From Nitrospirota bacterium (lineage in GTDB: Bacteria; Nitrospirota; Thermodesulfovibrionia; Thermodesulfovibrionales; JdFR-86), in assembly GCA_963721805.1 (NCBI GenBank), contig CAVRJY010000001.1, positions 256,001 through 320,000 on the forward strand: 64,000 nucleotides of DNA. Reading direction: 5' to 3'. The position numbers and the translations under genes were made by a program. The first letter of the stretch is position 1; every line of letters starts with the position of its first letter. Of this stretch, positions 46,108-55,991 are shown in pieces. The notes under the pieces are model-generated. The model saw only the letters and a program-made list of their open reading frames with translations, ran no database searches and had not been told where the DNA came from.

Positions 46108-47117
46108 GCCGCGCTCTCGATCTCGAAGCGCACCATCAAAGAGACGAGCGCATGAAAGCGGGTGCGGGCGGACCAGCCCAGCACGGCACGCGCCTTCGAC
46201 GGGTCTCCGGTGAGGTCGTCTATGTCCGAGGGCCGCATGAAACGCGCGTCGACCGAGACCAGCGCCTTGCCGGTCGCGGCGTCGATCCCGCGTTCGCCGA
46301 TCCCGGAGCCCTCCCATCCGAGCGTGAAGCCCGCCTCCTGAAACGCCGCCTCCACGAACTCGCGCACGCTATGCGATTCTCCGGTGGCGATCACGTAGTC
46401 GTCGGGCGCTGCGGCTTGCAGCATCTCCCAGGCCGCCTCGACGTACTCAGGGGCATAGCCCCAGTCGCGGCGGGCCGAGAGGTTGCCGAGCACCAGCGGC
46501 CCGGTGCGCGCGCCGCGCGAGAACTCGGCCGCGGCGCGCGTGATCTTGCGCGTGACGAACTCCTCTGGCCTGAGCCTGGACTCGTGCGGGAAGAGTATGC
46601 CCGAGCAGACGAACAGCCCGTGCGAGCGCCTGTATATCCCGGCCATGCGATGCGCCATGAGCTTCGATGCGGCATACGGGCTAAGGGGACTAAACCCGGT
46701 GCCCTCGTCCCTGCGCCCCCTGATGTTGCCGAACATGTCCCCTGAGGATGCGTTAAAGAACCGGGCATGGGGAGAGTGTTTTCTCGTCGCTTCCATAAGC
46801 GCCGTCGCGCCGAGCGCATTTACGCGGATCGTGCCTACGGGGTCCTCGAACGAGCGGGCGACGCTGCTTTGCGCCGCGAGGTTATAGACCTCGTCAGGGG
46901 CGGTATCGGCAATGAGCCTCTCGAGCGCATCCGCATCCGTGATGTCGAGGCTGCGGAGCGTCACGCGCTCTTTAATGCCGAGGGCAATCAGCCCCGGCGT
47001 GCCGTCGCGGCCGGGCATCAGGGTGCCGACGACGCGGTAGCCCTTCTCAAGCAGCAGCCGGGCGAGGAACGCCCCGTCCTGCCCCCCGGCGCCTGTTATA
47101 AGAGCGGTCTTGGACAT
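46104..47117 (-). CDS. gmd: GDP-mannose 4,6-dehydratase
   Basis: ITGAGGQDG, YNLAAQS, SPYAASK, HES, FVTRKI, RDWGYA. Confidence 0.9.
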   Translation of the reverse strand: MSKTALITGAGGQDGAFLARLLLEKGYRVVGTLMPGRDGTPGLIALGIKERVTLRSLDITDADALERLIADTAPDEVYNLAAQSSVARSFEDPVGTIRVNALGATALMEATRKHSPHARFFNASSGDMFGNIRGRRDEGTGFSPLSPYAASKLMAHRMAGIYRRSHGLFVCSGILFPHESRLRPEEFVTRKITRAAAEFSRGARTGPLVLGNLSARRDWGYAPEYVEAAWEMLQAAAPDDYVIATGESHSVREFVEAAFQEAGFTLGWEGSGIGERGIDAATGKALVSVDARFMRPSDIDDLTGDPSKARAVLGWSARTRFHALVSLMVRFEIESAA

Positions 47118-47210
47118 CCATGATTATATACGGTAATTGCGGCGGGAGGCTACCGGGGCGGCCGGCCCGCTTCTACATTGCAGGGCCGCGCGCGTATGAT
47201 AGAATTCTGG

Positions 47211-49526
47211 ATGGGCACGGACGGCACGAAGCGGCTGCGGCTTACGGTCAGAGGCACGGTGCAGGGCGTCGGGATGAGGCCGCGCGTGCACAGCCTCGCA
47301 ACCGGGCTCGGTCTTTCGGGATTCATCGCTAACACCGAGGACGGCGTCGTGATCGAGGTCGAGGGCAGGGTGGTTGCGGGGTTTGAAAAAGCCCTGAGAG
47401 AGGTCATGCCTCCGCTTGCGAGAATCGAGTCTATCGAGGCAGCGGATATACCGCTTCAAAATGCGGAAAGTTTTGAGATAAGAGACAGCGTGAAGGCGCA
47501 GGCCTTCGCGCTCGTGCCGCCTGATACCGCGACGTGCCCGGCATGCATCGCGGAGTTCAACGACCCGGCTGACAGACGATACCGGTATCCGTTTATCAAC
47601 TGCACCGACTGCGGCCCGCGATACAGCATCACGGTGCGCATCCCCTACGACCGGCCCAATACGACGATGTCAGGATTTTTGATGTGCGCGGAGTGCGAGG
47701 CCGAGTACCGCGACCCCTCCTCCCGCAGGTTTCACGCCGAGCCCAACGCATGCCCCGCATGCGGCCCGCGCCTGACATTAATGCCCGGCGGGCCACAGCC
47801 CGAAGGCCATGGAGGGCTGGTGAAAATTGCCGGGGACGCGCTGGAAGAGGCGGTGTGCATGCTCCAGGAGGGGCGCATCGTCGCGGTCAAGGGCATCGGT
47901 GGGTTTCACCTCGCCTGCGACGCGATGAACCCCGGCGCGGTGCGCACATTACGCGAGCGCAAGCGCCGGAGCAACAAGCCCTTCGCGCTCATGGCCCGCG
48001 ATATCGAGACGATACGCGGCCATTGCGAGGTAAGCGATGCAGAGGCCGGGGTACTGCTGAGCGCTGCCCGCCCGATTGTATTGCTAAAGAGGGGGACCCC
48101 GTCCCCGCTGCCAGAAGCGGTCGCCCCAGGCGCGCCCTATCTGGGCTTCATGCTCCCGTACGCGCCGCTGCACCACCTGCTGCTGGAGCGGATACCAGTC
48201 CTCGTGATGACGAGCGCCAACCTCGCTGAAGAGCCTATAGTCATAGACAACGAAGATGCGGTCTCAAGGCTCGGCGGGATATGCGATGCCTTCTTGCTGC
48301 ATGACCGCCAGATATTCATGCGCTGCGACGACTCGGTCGTGCGCGTGACCGGGCGGGGAGAGACCTTGATGCTCAGGCGGGCGCGCGGGTTCGTGCCCTC
48401 GCCGATAATGCTGCGCGAGGGCGGCCCGGACGTCCTGGCCGCGGGCGCCGAGCTCAAAAACACCCTCGCGCTCACGGCCGGCCGGATGGCCGTAGTGAGC
48501 CAGCACATCGGGGACATGGAAAATATAGAGACGCTCGAGTTCTTCGAAGAGACGCTCCGCAATCTCAAGGCCGCTTACGGGGCCGCCCCTGTCGCTCTCG
48601 GCCATGACCTGCACCCCGGATACCTGAGCACCAGATGGGCGCTCAGGCAGAAGCTAAGGCCCATCGCGGTGCAGCACCACCACAGCCACGTAGCCTCGGT
48701 GATGGCCGAGCACGGACTTGGCGGACGCGGCCTCGGCATAGTGCTGGACGGCGCTGGCTATGGCACAGACGGCACGCTATGGGGCGGCGAGTTTCTGGTC
48801 ACGGACGGGGCGATGTTTGAGCGCGCCGGGCATCTGCTGCCCGTCCCGCTTCCGGGCGGGGATACCGCCGTTCGCGAGCCCTGGCGGATGGCGGTGAGCT
48901 ATATGCACCAATCTAGCGGTAGGGACGAGGCCGCGACGATCCCGCTGCTTCAGAGGCTCGGGTATATGGACCGCTACGGAGAGACGCTGGTGCGTAACGT
49001 GCTTACGGTCTGCGCCATCGCGATCCCCAGCTCCGGAACTGGCAGGCTCTTCGATGCCGTGGCCGCGCTTTCGGGCGTATGCGACCGCAACACCTTCGAG
49101 GGCGAGGCCCCGATAGCGCTCACAGCGGCCGCGATGCGCGCATGGGGCAGGCCGCATGGGCCATATCCATACTCCATAACCGGCAGCGCCCCGGCGATCC
49201 TGGATTTTTCAACGGCTATAGCCGGTATAATTAATGATAGACTTTCACATATGGGCCGGGACGAGATCGCGGCCAGATTTCACCGCACCGTAATCGATGC
49301 CGTGGTCGCGCTGGGCGGCCGGATTTATGGCTCGCGCGATTTAAGGTGGGCCGCGCTTAGCGGCGGGAGCTTTCAAAATCCGCTGCTCCTAGACGGAGTG
49401 CGCGAGGGGCTTGAGGCCCTCGGGATCGAGGTCCATATCAACGAGCGCGTGCCGTTAAACGACGGGGGAATTTCACTCGGTCAAGCGTACATTGCACGGG
49501 AGGTTTTAAAACAACTTGCTCCCTGA
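47211..49526 (+). CDS. hypF: Carbamoyltransferase HypF
   Basis: GTVQGVG acylphosphatase, NCTDCGPRY zinc fingers, VQHHHSH, NDGGISLGQ. Confidence 0.97.
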   Translation: MGTDGTKRLRLTVRGTVQGVGMRPRVHSLATGLGLSGFIANTEDGVVIEVEGRVVAGFEKALREVMPPLARIESIEAADIPLQNAESFEIRDSVKAQAFALVPPDTATCPACIAEFNDPADRRYRYPFINCTDCGPRYSITVRIPYDRPNTTMSGFLMCAECEAEYRDPSSRRFHAEPNACPACGPRLTLMPGGPQPEGHGGLVKIAGDALEEAVCMLQEGRIVAVKGIGGFHLACDAMNPGAVRTLRERKRRSNKPFALMARDIETIRGHCEVSDAEAGVLLSAARPIVLLKRGTPSPLPEAVAPGAPYLGFMLPYAPLHHLLLERIPVLVMTSANLAEEPIVIDNEDAVSRLGGICDAFLLHDRQIFMRCDDSVVRVTGRGETLMLRRARGFVPSPIMLREGGPDVLAAGAELKNTLALTAGRMAVVSQHIGDMENIETLEFFEETLRNLKAAYGAAPVALGHDLHPGYLSTRWALRQKLRPIAVQHHHSHVASVMAEHGLGGRGLGIVLDGAGYGTDGTLWGGEFLVTDGAMFERAGHLLPVPLPGGDTAVREPWRMAVSYMHQSSGRDEAATIPLLQRLGYMDRYGETLVRNVLTVCAIAIPSSGTGRLFDAVAALSGVCDRNTFEGEAPIALTAAAMRAWGRPHGPYPYSITGSAPAILDFSTAIAGIINDRLSHMGRDEIAARFHRTVIDAVVALGGRIYGSRDLRWAALSGGSFQNPLLLDGVREGLEALGIEVHINERVPLNDGGISLGQAYIAREVLKQLAP

Positions 49527-50616
49527 CGAACAGATAAGGGCGGCCGGGCAGCTCAGCCGGGCGATCGCCACGCTCAGCGCCAAGATAGGCCGCCCGCTTA
49601 ACCTGATGGAGGTCTGCGGCACGCACACGGTCGCGATCTTCCGCCACGGAATACGGAGCCTCCTGCCCCAGGAAGGCATCACGCTTCTGAGCGGGCCGGG
49701 CTGCCCGGTATGCGTCACCGCGACGCGCGACATCGACACCGCGCTTGCGTATGCCGCGCTGCCTTCTGTTGTGCTCGCTACGTTCGGAGACATGATGCGG
49801 GTGCCGGGCTCCGAGCGCTCGCTCATGGAGGCTAAGGCGCGCGGCGCTGACGTCCGCGTCGTGTACTCTCCGCTTGAGGCCCTGCGCATCGCGAAGGCCG
49901 AGCCGCAAAAGACGGTCCTGTTCTTCGCGACCGGGTTTGAGACGACCTCGCCGCTCGTTGCGGCAACGCTGATCGAGGCAGACCGCACCGGCGTTGGCAA
50001 TCTCTATATCCTCCCGGTGCACAAGCTCGTCCCCCCGGCGCTGCGCGCCCTGGTCGGGACCCCGGGGCTCAAGGTCGACGGCTTCATCCTGCCGGGCCAT
50101 GTCTGCACCATTACAGGCACAATCCCGTACCGGTTCCTGAGCGCGGATTACGGCATACCGGGCGTTGCGACCGGCTTTAGCGCGCTGGACATCCTTGAGG
50201 GCATCCTTATGATACTGATGCAGATAGAGGGCGGAGCGCCCCGGATCGCGATACAGTATAAGAAGGTCGTGCGTGAGGGGGGAAACCCGAAGGCCGTCGA
50301 GACGATCAACCGCTGCTTCGACGCGGCGGACGCCGAGTGGCGCGGCATAGGCGTGCTGCCCCTAAGCGGGCTCGTGCTTAAGCCGGAATACGCCCACCGC
50401 GACGCGCGCACGGCACTTGGGGAGGTCGTGGTCGAGGCGAGGCCTGACCCCAAGGGCTGCTCCTGCGGCAGCGTGCTTAGGGGCATCATGCTCCCCCCGG
50501 ACTGCCCGCTCTTTGGGAAGGGCTGCACCCCGGAGCGTCCTGTCGGGCCGTGCATGGTTAGCGCCGAGGGCAGTTGCGCGGCATACTATAAATACGGGGG
50601 CTACGGATACAAGTGA
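49516..50616 (+). CDS. hypD: Hydrogenase maturation protein HypD
   Basis: MEVCGTHT, GPGCPVC, GFETT, PGHV, GPCMVSAEGSCAAYY. Confidence 0.97.
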   Translation: MLPDEQIRAAGQLSRAIATLSAKIGRPLNLMEVCGTHTVAIFRHGIRSLLPQEGITLLSGPGCPVCVTATRDIDTALAYAALPSVVLATFGDMMRVPGSERSLMEAKARGADVRVVYSPLEALRIAKAEPQKTVLFFATGFETTSPLVAATLIEADRTGVGNLYILPVHKLVPPALRALVGTPGLKVDGFILPGHVCTITGTIPYRFLSADYGIPGVATGFSALDILEGILMILMQIEGGAPRIAIQYKKVVREGGNPKAVETINRCFDAADAEWRGIGVLPLSGLVLKPEYAHRDARTALGEVVVEARPDPKGCSCGSVLRGIMLPPDCPLFGKGCTPERPVGPCMVSAEGSCAAYYKYGGYGYK

Positions 50617-51623
50617 ACTCAGACGAACGCATACTTCTAGGCCACGGAAGCGGGGGGCGGCTTATGCACGAACTCATCCGCACCTGCTTCGGCTCGCGCT
50701 TCGGGATAACGCAGGTCACGGACGCCGCGCTGCTGGACTTCCCGCATAGCGGGCGGCTCGCGTATACGACCGACTCATACGTCGTCTCGCCCTTGTTCTT
50801 CGAGGGCGGCTCGATCGGGGACCTCGCGGTAAACGGCACCGTCAACGACCTGGCGGTCTCCGGGGCGCGGCCGCTTTACCTCACCGCCGGGTTCGTGATC
50901 GAGGAGGGCTTCCCGCTTCGCGACCTTACACGCATAGCCGACGACATGGCCGCGGCCGCGCAAAAGGCCGAAGTTCGCATCGTGGCCGGGGACACGAAGG
51001 TCGTCGAGCGCGGGAAGGCCGACGGGCTCTTCATCAACACCTCCGGCGTCGGCGTCGTATCGGAGGACGTTGCGCTTTCGGTCGAGGCCATCTCGGCCGG
51101 GGACGCGGTAGTCGTGAGCGGCCCGATAGGGAGCCACGGGATGTCCGTGATGGCAAGCAGGAGCGGGCTGCACTTCGAGCCCAGGCTCCGGAGCGACTGC
51201 GCCCCGCTATGGCCGATGGTGCGGGCGATGCTCGAGGGCGACGCGCCCAGCGTGCGCGTGATGCGCGACCCCACGCGCGGCGGGCTCGCGACCACGCTTA
51301 AGGAATTTACGGAGGCCTCCGGCCTGGCCATAGAGCTCTGGGAGGGCAACGTCCCGGTGCTCCGGCAGGTCACCGGTGCGTGCGAGCTACTCGGGCTCGA
51401 CCCCCTCTACGTGGCCTGCGAGGGCGTACTCGTTGCCGTGGTAAGGGCCGATATGGCAGAATATCACATAGCGCGCATGCGGGAGTTCCCCGAGGGGAGG
51501 CTCGCGGTGCAGATCGGCGTGGTTAAGGCCGCGCCTGCAGGGGCCGTGGCGCTCAGGACGACGCTGGGCGGCTCAAGGCTCCTAGACATGCTCCAGGGCG
51601 AGCAGCTTCCGCGCATCTGCTGA
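50613..51623 (+). CDS. hypE: Hydrogenase maturation protein HypE
   Basis: HGSGG, GTVNDLA, GDTKVV, DPTRGG, C-terminal LPRIC. Confidence 0.97.
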   Translation: MNSDERILLGHGSGGRLMHELIRTCFGSRFGITQVTDAALLDFPHSGRLAYTTDSYVVSPLFFEGGSIGDLAVNGTVNDLAVSGARPLYLTAGFVIEEGFPLRDLTRIADDMAAAAQKAEVRIVAGDTKVVERGKADGLFINTSGVGVVSEDVALSVEAISAGDAVVVSGPIGSHGMSVMASRSGLHFEPRLRSDCAPLWPMVRAMLEGDAPSVRVMRDPTRGGLATTLKEFTEASGLAIELWEGNVPVLRQVTGACELLGLDPLYVACEGVLVAVVRADMAEYHIARMREFPEGRLAVQIGVVKAAPAGAVALRTTLGGSRLLDMLQGEQLPRIC

Positions 51624-51657
51624 TTCATATCAAGGCGCTCAAACCGCATCGGGAGGT

Positions 51658-52566
51658 ATGGCATTGAGGAAGATCACAATCGCGTTTATGGCTGCACTGC
51701 TCATCGTGGCCGCAGTTGCATGCTCGGTCAGGCAGCAGTCCGGCAAGACAGCCGCCACGGTCGACGGGGTCGCTATACCCGAGGCCGCCGTCAAATGGGG
51801 GATGAGGGGCCATATAGCCCAACACGCCGCCGCCAATGTCAACGAGTCCGCGATGCGCACCGCGGTCCTCAACCAGTACGTCGCCAACAGGCTGCTGGCC
51901 GAGGGCGCGAAGGAGAAGGGCCTCTCTGTCACGGATTCCGACCTCAAGGTCCATATGGACGCCGAGAGCAGTTCTGCGGGCGCCGAGAAGTTCGCCCAGT
52001 CGCTCAGGGACGCCGGGCTCACCGAGAAGCAATACCAGGATATCCTCCGGGACCGCATACTGGCCTCGATGTTCACCCAGACGCTTTATAACGACGCGTC
52101 GATTACGGACGGGATGCTCAGGGACGTCTACATGAAGCTCCCGAAGCCGATGATGATGCCCGAGACGGTCACGATACGCTTCATGGAGTTTAAGGACGAG
52201 GCCTCGGCCGCCAGGGCCGCCGCGAAGGTAAAGGCAAGCGGGTTTGACAAGGTTGCCGACGCATACAAGAGGGACAACGCCGCGACCGTGAGCGGGTACG
52301 GCGAGATCGCGCCGTCGTTTTTCGACCCTGAGGCCGCCAAGGCGGTCAGCGCGCTGGCCCCAGGCGGCTGGACCGGGCCGGTGAAGGGCAGGAGCGGCTT
52401 TTACCTGATACGCCTCAAGCAGCACAACCCGCCCAGGCCCAAGACGTTCGACGAGGCCAGGGGCGAGCTGCGCGGCATGCTCGCAACACAGCTTAAAAAC
52501 CAGAGCGTCATGTCATGGCTTGCCGCTCGCAAGGGAAGTGCGAAAATTGTCATCAACAGCAATTAG
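51658..52566 (+). CDS. SurA/PrsA-like periplasmic chaperone with parvulin-like domain
   Basis: Signal/lipobox, ATVDG..I, GPVK...GFYLI, KTFDEAR, SAKI. Confidence 0.8.
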   Translation: MALRKITIAFMAALLIVAAVACSVRQQSGKTAATVDGVAIPEAAVKWGMRGHIAQHAAANVNESAMRTAVLNQYVANRLLAEGAKEKGLSVTDSDLKVHMDAESSSAGAEKFAQSLRDAGLTEKQYQDILRDRILASMFTQTLYNDASITDGMLRDVYMKLPKPMMMPETVTIRFMEFKDEASAARAAAKVKASGFDKVADAYKRDNAATVSGYGEIAPSFFDPEAAKAVSALAPGGWTGPVKGRSGFYLIRLKQHNPPRPKTFDEARGELRGMLATQLKNQSVMSWLAARKGSAKIVINSN

Positions 52567-53491
52567 GGGCGTCCTGCTGCTCATGCTCGCGCTGTGCGCG
52601 GCCGCGCTCCTGCCGCGGCAGGCCGCCGCGGACGACAGCATCCTCCTTGACCGCGTCGTCGCGGTCGTCAATAAGGAGGTCATAACGTGGAGCGAGCTGT
52701 ATGCAGCCATGGATAGCGAGTTCGGCAAGGCCCTCTCCGCGATGAGCGACAAAGACAGGCTCGCCTTCCTGAAGTCCCGCGAGGGCGTCTACCTGGATGC
52801 GATGATCAACAACCGCCTTCAGATGCAGAGCGCGAAGAAACTCGGCATCACGCCCGCGGAGGACGAGATCGACGAGGCCATAGACGGCATTCGCAAGAAA
52901 AACAACCTCACCCCCGGGCAGTTCGAATCGGAGCTCAAGGACGCCGGCTACACCAAGGACACGTACCGCAAGAGCATCACAGAGCAGATGACCATCTCGA
53001 GGCTCGTAGACCGCGAGGTCAGGCGCAACGTGAAGGTTACGGACGAGGACGTGAAGGACTATCTAAAGGCCAGCAACCTGCCCGCGGACGGCAAGTTTTA
53101 CCATATCACGCAGGCCTACTTCAAGCTTCCGACCGAGGACAACGTCGAGGAGACCAAACAGAAGATCGCCAAGTTCATGGCCGAGGCCAACGGCGGGGCG
53201 AACTTCCGCGAACTCTCGGCCAAGTACTCAGAGAGCGCCATCGCCGAAAACGGCGGCGACATGGGCTATATACACGAGAGCAAGCTCTCGGACGAATTCA
53301 AGCACGCGGTGCAGGACCTCAAGCCCGGCGACGTGAGCCGCCCCTTCCAAAGCTCGATGGGCGTGCACATCATAAAGCTCGAGGACGTACGCACGGCCCG
53401 GCAGATGCTCGAGGCCGAGCGCTTCAGTGCGGCGTACCGCGACTGGCTCAGGGCGCTGCGCGAAGACGCGCTCGTAGAGGTCAGGCTCTAG
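52538..53491 (+). CDS. SurA-family peptidyl-prolyl isomerase
   Basis: DRVVAVVNKEVITWSEL, GGDMG, LKPGDVS, GVHIIKL; start uncertain. Confidence 0.88.
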   Translation: MRKLSSTAIRGVLLLMLALCAAALLPRQAAADDSILLDRVVAVVNKEVITWSELYAAMDSEFGKALSAMSDKDRLAFLKSREGVYLDAMINNRLQMQSAKKLGITPAEDEIDEAIDGIRKKNNLTPGQFESELKDAGYTKDTYRKSITEQMTISRLVDREVRRNVKVTDEDVKDYLKASNLPADGKFYHITQAYFKLPTEDNVEETKQKIAKFMAEANGGANFRELSAKYSESAIAENGGDMGYIHESKLSDEFKHAVQDLKPGDVSRPFQSSMGVHIIKLEDVRTARQMLEAERFSAAYRDWLRALREDALVEVRL

Positions 53492-53611
53492 AGAGCCCCG
53501 CCGCTCTTGTACGCCAAACGGTTTTTCGATCTGGAGGGGCCGCGGCCCCGCATTGACCCCGCGCCGCAAATATCGTAAAATCAATTGCTGAATTCAAGGA
53601 GGGCTGATCGG

Positions 53612-54076
53612 ATGAAGGTAATACAGGGCGACCTGCAGGCCAAGGGCCTGAGGTTCGGCATAGTCGTCAGCAGGTTTAACGATTTCATCACCTCGAGGCT
53701 CCTGGAAGGGGCCGAGGACGCCCTCGTGCGCCACGGGGCCAAGGGCGAGGAGATCGAGGTAGTGAAGGTCCCCGGCGCGTTCGAGATCCCGATAGCCGCG
53801 AAGAAGCTCGCCGCGACCGGCAGGTACGACGCCATCATATGCCTGGGCACGGTGATACGCGGCGCCACGCCACACTTCGACTATATAGCCTCCGAGGTCT
53901 CCAAGGGCATAGCCGCAGTGAGCCTCGAGCACTCGGTCCCTGTGGCGTTCGGCGTGCTCACGACCGACACGATAGAGCAGGCGGTCGAGCGCGCTGGCAC
54001 CAAGAGCGGCAACAAGGGCTGGGACTCCGCGGTCACCGCGATCGAGATGGCACAGCTCTTCAAGAAGCTAGGCTGA
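53612..54076 (+). CDS. ribH: 6,7-dimethyl-8-ribityllumazine synthase
   Basis: [26 protein letters not shown]. Confidence 0.98.
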   Translation: MKVIQGDLQAKGLRFGIVVSRFNDFITSRLLEGAEDALVRHGAKGEEIEVVKVPGAFEIPIAAKKLAATGRYDAIICLGTVIRGATPHFDYIASEVSKGIAAVSLEHSVPVAFGVLTTDTIEQAVERAGTKSGNKGWDSAVTAIEMAQLFKKLG

Positions 54077-54092
54077 CGGGCGGCCCGCGCCT

Positions 54093-54491
54093 ATGAAGCG
54101 CAGGAGGGCACGCGAGTACGCCCTGCAGCTGCTTTTCCAGCACGATTTCGCCCCTGGCGTCGATATCGACTACGAGAGTTTCTGGGCCGACAAGGACGAG
54201 GACGACTCGGTGAAGGCCTTCGCGCGCTCGATCGTAGTGGGCACGCTAGGGCACCTCGCGGAGATCGACGCCGCGATATCGGCCGCGGCCGAACACTGGG
54301 AGATGAGCCGCATGGCCGCTGTGGACCGCAACATCCTGCGCGCCGGGGCCTACGAGCTGATGTTCGCCCCGGACATCCCTCCGAAGGTCGCGATCAACGA
54401 GGCCCTCGAGGTAGCCAAGAAATTTTCTTCGCAGGATTCCGCCCCATTCATCAACGGCATCCTTGACAGGATCGCCAACAGGAACAGGTAA
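54093..54491 (+). CDS. nusB: Transcription antitermination factor NusB
   Basis: RRRAREYALQ, DRNILR, VAINEALE, FINGILD. Confidence 0.97.
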   Translation: MKRRRAREYALQLLFQHDFAPGVDIDYESFWADKDEDDSVKAFARSIVVGTLGHLAEIDAAISAAAEHWEMSRMAAVDRNILRAGAYELMFAPDIPPKVAINEALEVAKKFSSQDSAPFINGILDRIANRNR

Positions 54492-55225
54492 TGAGCGGCG
54501 CCGCCATCCTGACCGCGGTGCTCTCCGACGTCCATTCAAACCTCTCCGCGCTGACCTCGGTGCTCGATGACGCGCGGTCGCGCGGGGCCGGGCGGTTCTG
54601 GTTTCTGGGCGACGCGGTCGGATACGGCCCCGACCCCAACGAGTGCGTGGACCTGCTTTTCCATACGGCCTCGGTGATGGTGCTCGGCAACCACGACGCC
54701 GCGGTGCTCAGGGCCGAGGAGGCCGCGCGCTTTAACCGCTACGCGGCCGAGGTCGTCGACTGGACGCGCAACGAGCTCGACTCGAGCAATATCGCCGTGC
54801 TGCACTCGATGCGCCTTACCGCATCCGTCGAGGACGTGCTGTTGGTGCACGCCTCCCCCGACGAGCCCGGGATGTGGTACTACCTCACCGGCGCGCCGTC
54901 GGTCGCCTCTGTCGCGAACAGTTTTATAGAGCGCATCTGCATGGTCGGCCACACTCACGCCCCGTTCATCGTCGAACTCAGGGCCGACGGCCGGTTGTTC
55001 ACACACCAGAAGGCCGTCGCGTTCGCCGAGGGTTCGAGGTATGTCATCAACGCAGGGAGCGTCGGGCAGCCCCGCGACGGCGACCCGCGCGCCGCATACG
55101 TCCTGATGGGCGCCGGGCATGCCGAGGTCGTACGCGTCTCGTACGACATAGCCGAGTGCAAGCGCAGGATGCGCGAACGCGGACTTCCGGAGCCGCTTAT
55201 ACGGCGGCTCGCGATGGGGGTGTGA
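54491..55225 (+). CDS. Metallophosphoesterase family protein
   Basis: SDVHSN, GDAVGYG, GNHD, GHTH, GSVGQPRDGD. Confidence 0.92.
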   Translation: MSGAAILTAVLSDVHSNLSALTSVLDDARSRGAGRFWFLGDAVGYGPDPNECVDLLFHTASVMVLGNHDAAVLRAEEAARFNRYAAEVVDWTRNELDSSNIAVLHSMRLTASVEDVLLVHASPDEPGMWYYLTGAPSVASVANSFIERICMVGHTHAPFIVELRADGRLFTHQKAVAFAEGSRYVINAGSVGQPRDGDPRAAYVLMGAGHAEVVRVSYDIAECKRRMRERGLPEPLIRRLAMGV

Positions 55226-55908
55226 TGCTCCAGCTTCAGCTCGGGCTTCCCTTCCAGTCATACGAGGGCCCGGATGCGATAAGGGCCGCGCTCGAGCGCG
55301 TATACGGCAGGCAGCTCTCTTTGGTCCTGACCGAGAACGTCCGGAGCCTGCTGTCTCTGAGACCGGGGCGCGAGGGCGTGCCGGAGGTGCGGCTGCACAG
55401 GATGTTTCTCACAGCCCCCTCCGAGGTGATCGAGGAGGTCGGGCAGTACATAAAATGCCGCAAGGGCCGGACCCCGCTTTTCTGGAGGTTCGTCAAGGGC
55501 AACGAGCACCTGATCGGACAGCCCGCGCCGAGGCGCGTCGCGATGCATACCGAGGGACGCTACCACGACCTCTCGGAGATGTTCGATGAGATCAACGCCG
55601 AGATGTTCCAGGGCAGGCTCCGCTGCGGCGTGACCTGGGGCCATGGCGTGAAGGGCCGCGTCAGGCGGCGTACGCTCGGGAGCTATTCCCCGGCCGCCAA
55701 CACGATACGCATCAACTCCATGCTCGACCGGCGGGACGTGCCTTCATACTACGTGGGCTATGTGCTCTACCACGAGATGCTGCACGCGGACATGGGCATC
55801 GGCGATATCGGGGGCAGGAGGGTCATACACCCGAGGGAGTTCAGGGAGCGCGAGAAACAGTACCCGCACCATGCGCGCGCGGTCGCTTACGAGGGCAGAA
55901 GGCCGTAA
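55225..55908 (+). CDS. SprT-like zinc metalloprotease
   Basis: YVLYHEMLH...H..EFR motif. Confidence 0.8.
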   Translation: MLQLQLGLPFQSYEGPDAIRAALERVYGRQLSLVLTENVRSLLSLRPGREGVPEVRLHRMFLTAPSEVIEEVGQYIKCRKGRTPLFWRFVKGNEHLIGQPAPRRVAMHTEGRYHDLSEMFDEINAEMFQGRLRCGVTWGHGVKGRVRRRTLGSYSPAANTIRINSMLDRRDVPSYYVGYVLYHEMLHADMGIGDIGGRRVIHPREFREREKQYPHHARAVAYEGRRP

Positions 55909-55991
55909 GAGAGAGAGAGAGGGGCCGGTCTGGAATTTTTTCTGAGTTGTGCCGCTGCAAATTCAAGCGCAGCGAGAATTTGCAGCGCTTT

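Noticed and set aside
55908..55921. (AG)7 microsatellite as a phase-variation switch
   Set aside because: Lies between convergent stop codons, outside coding and promoter sequence
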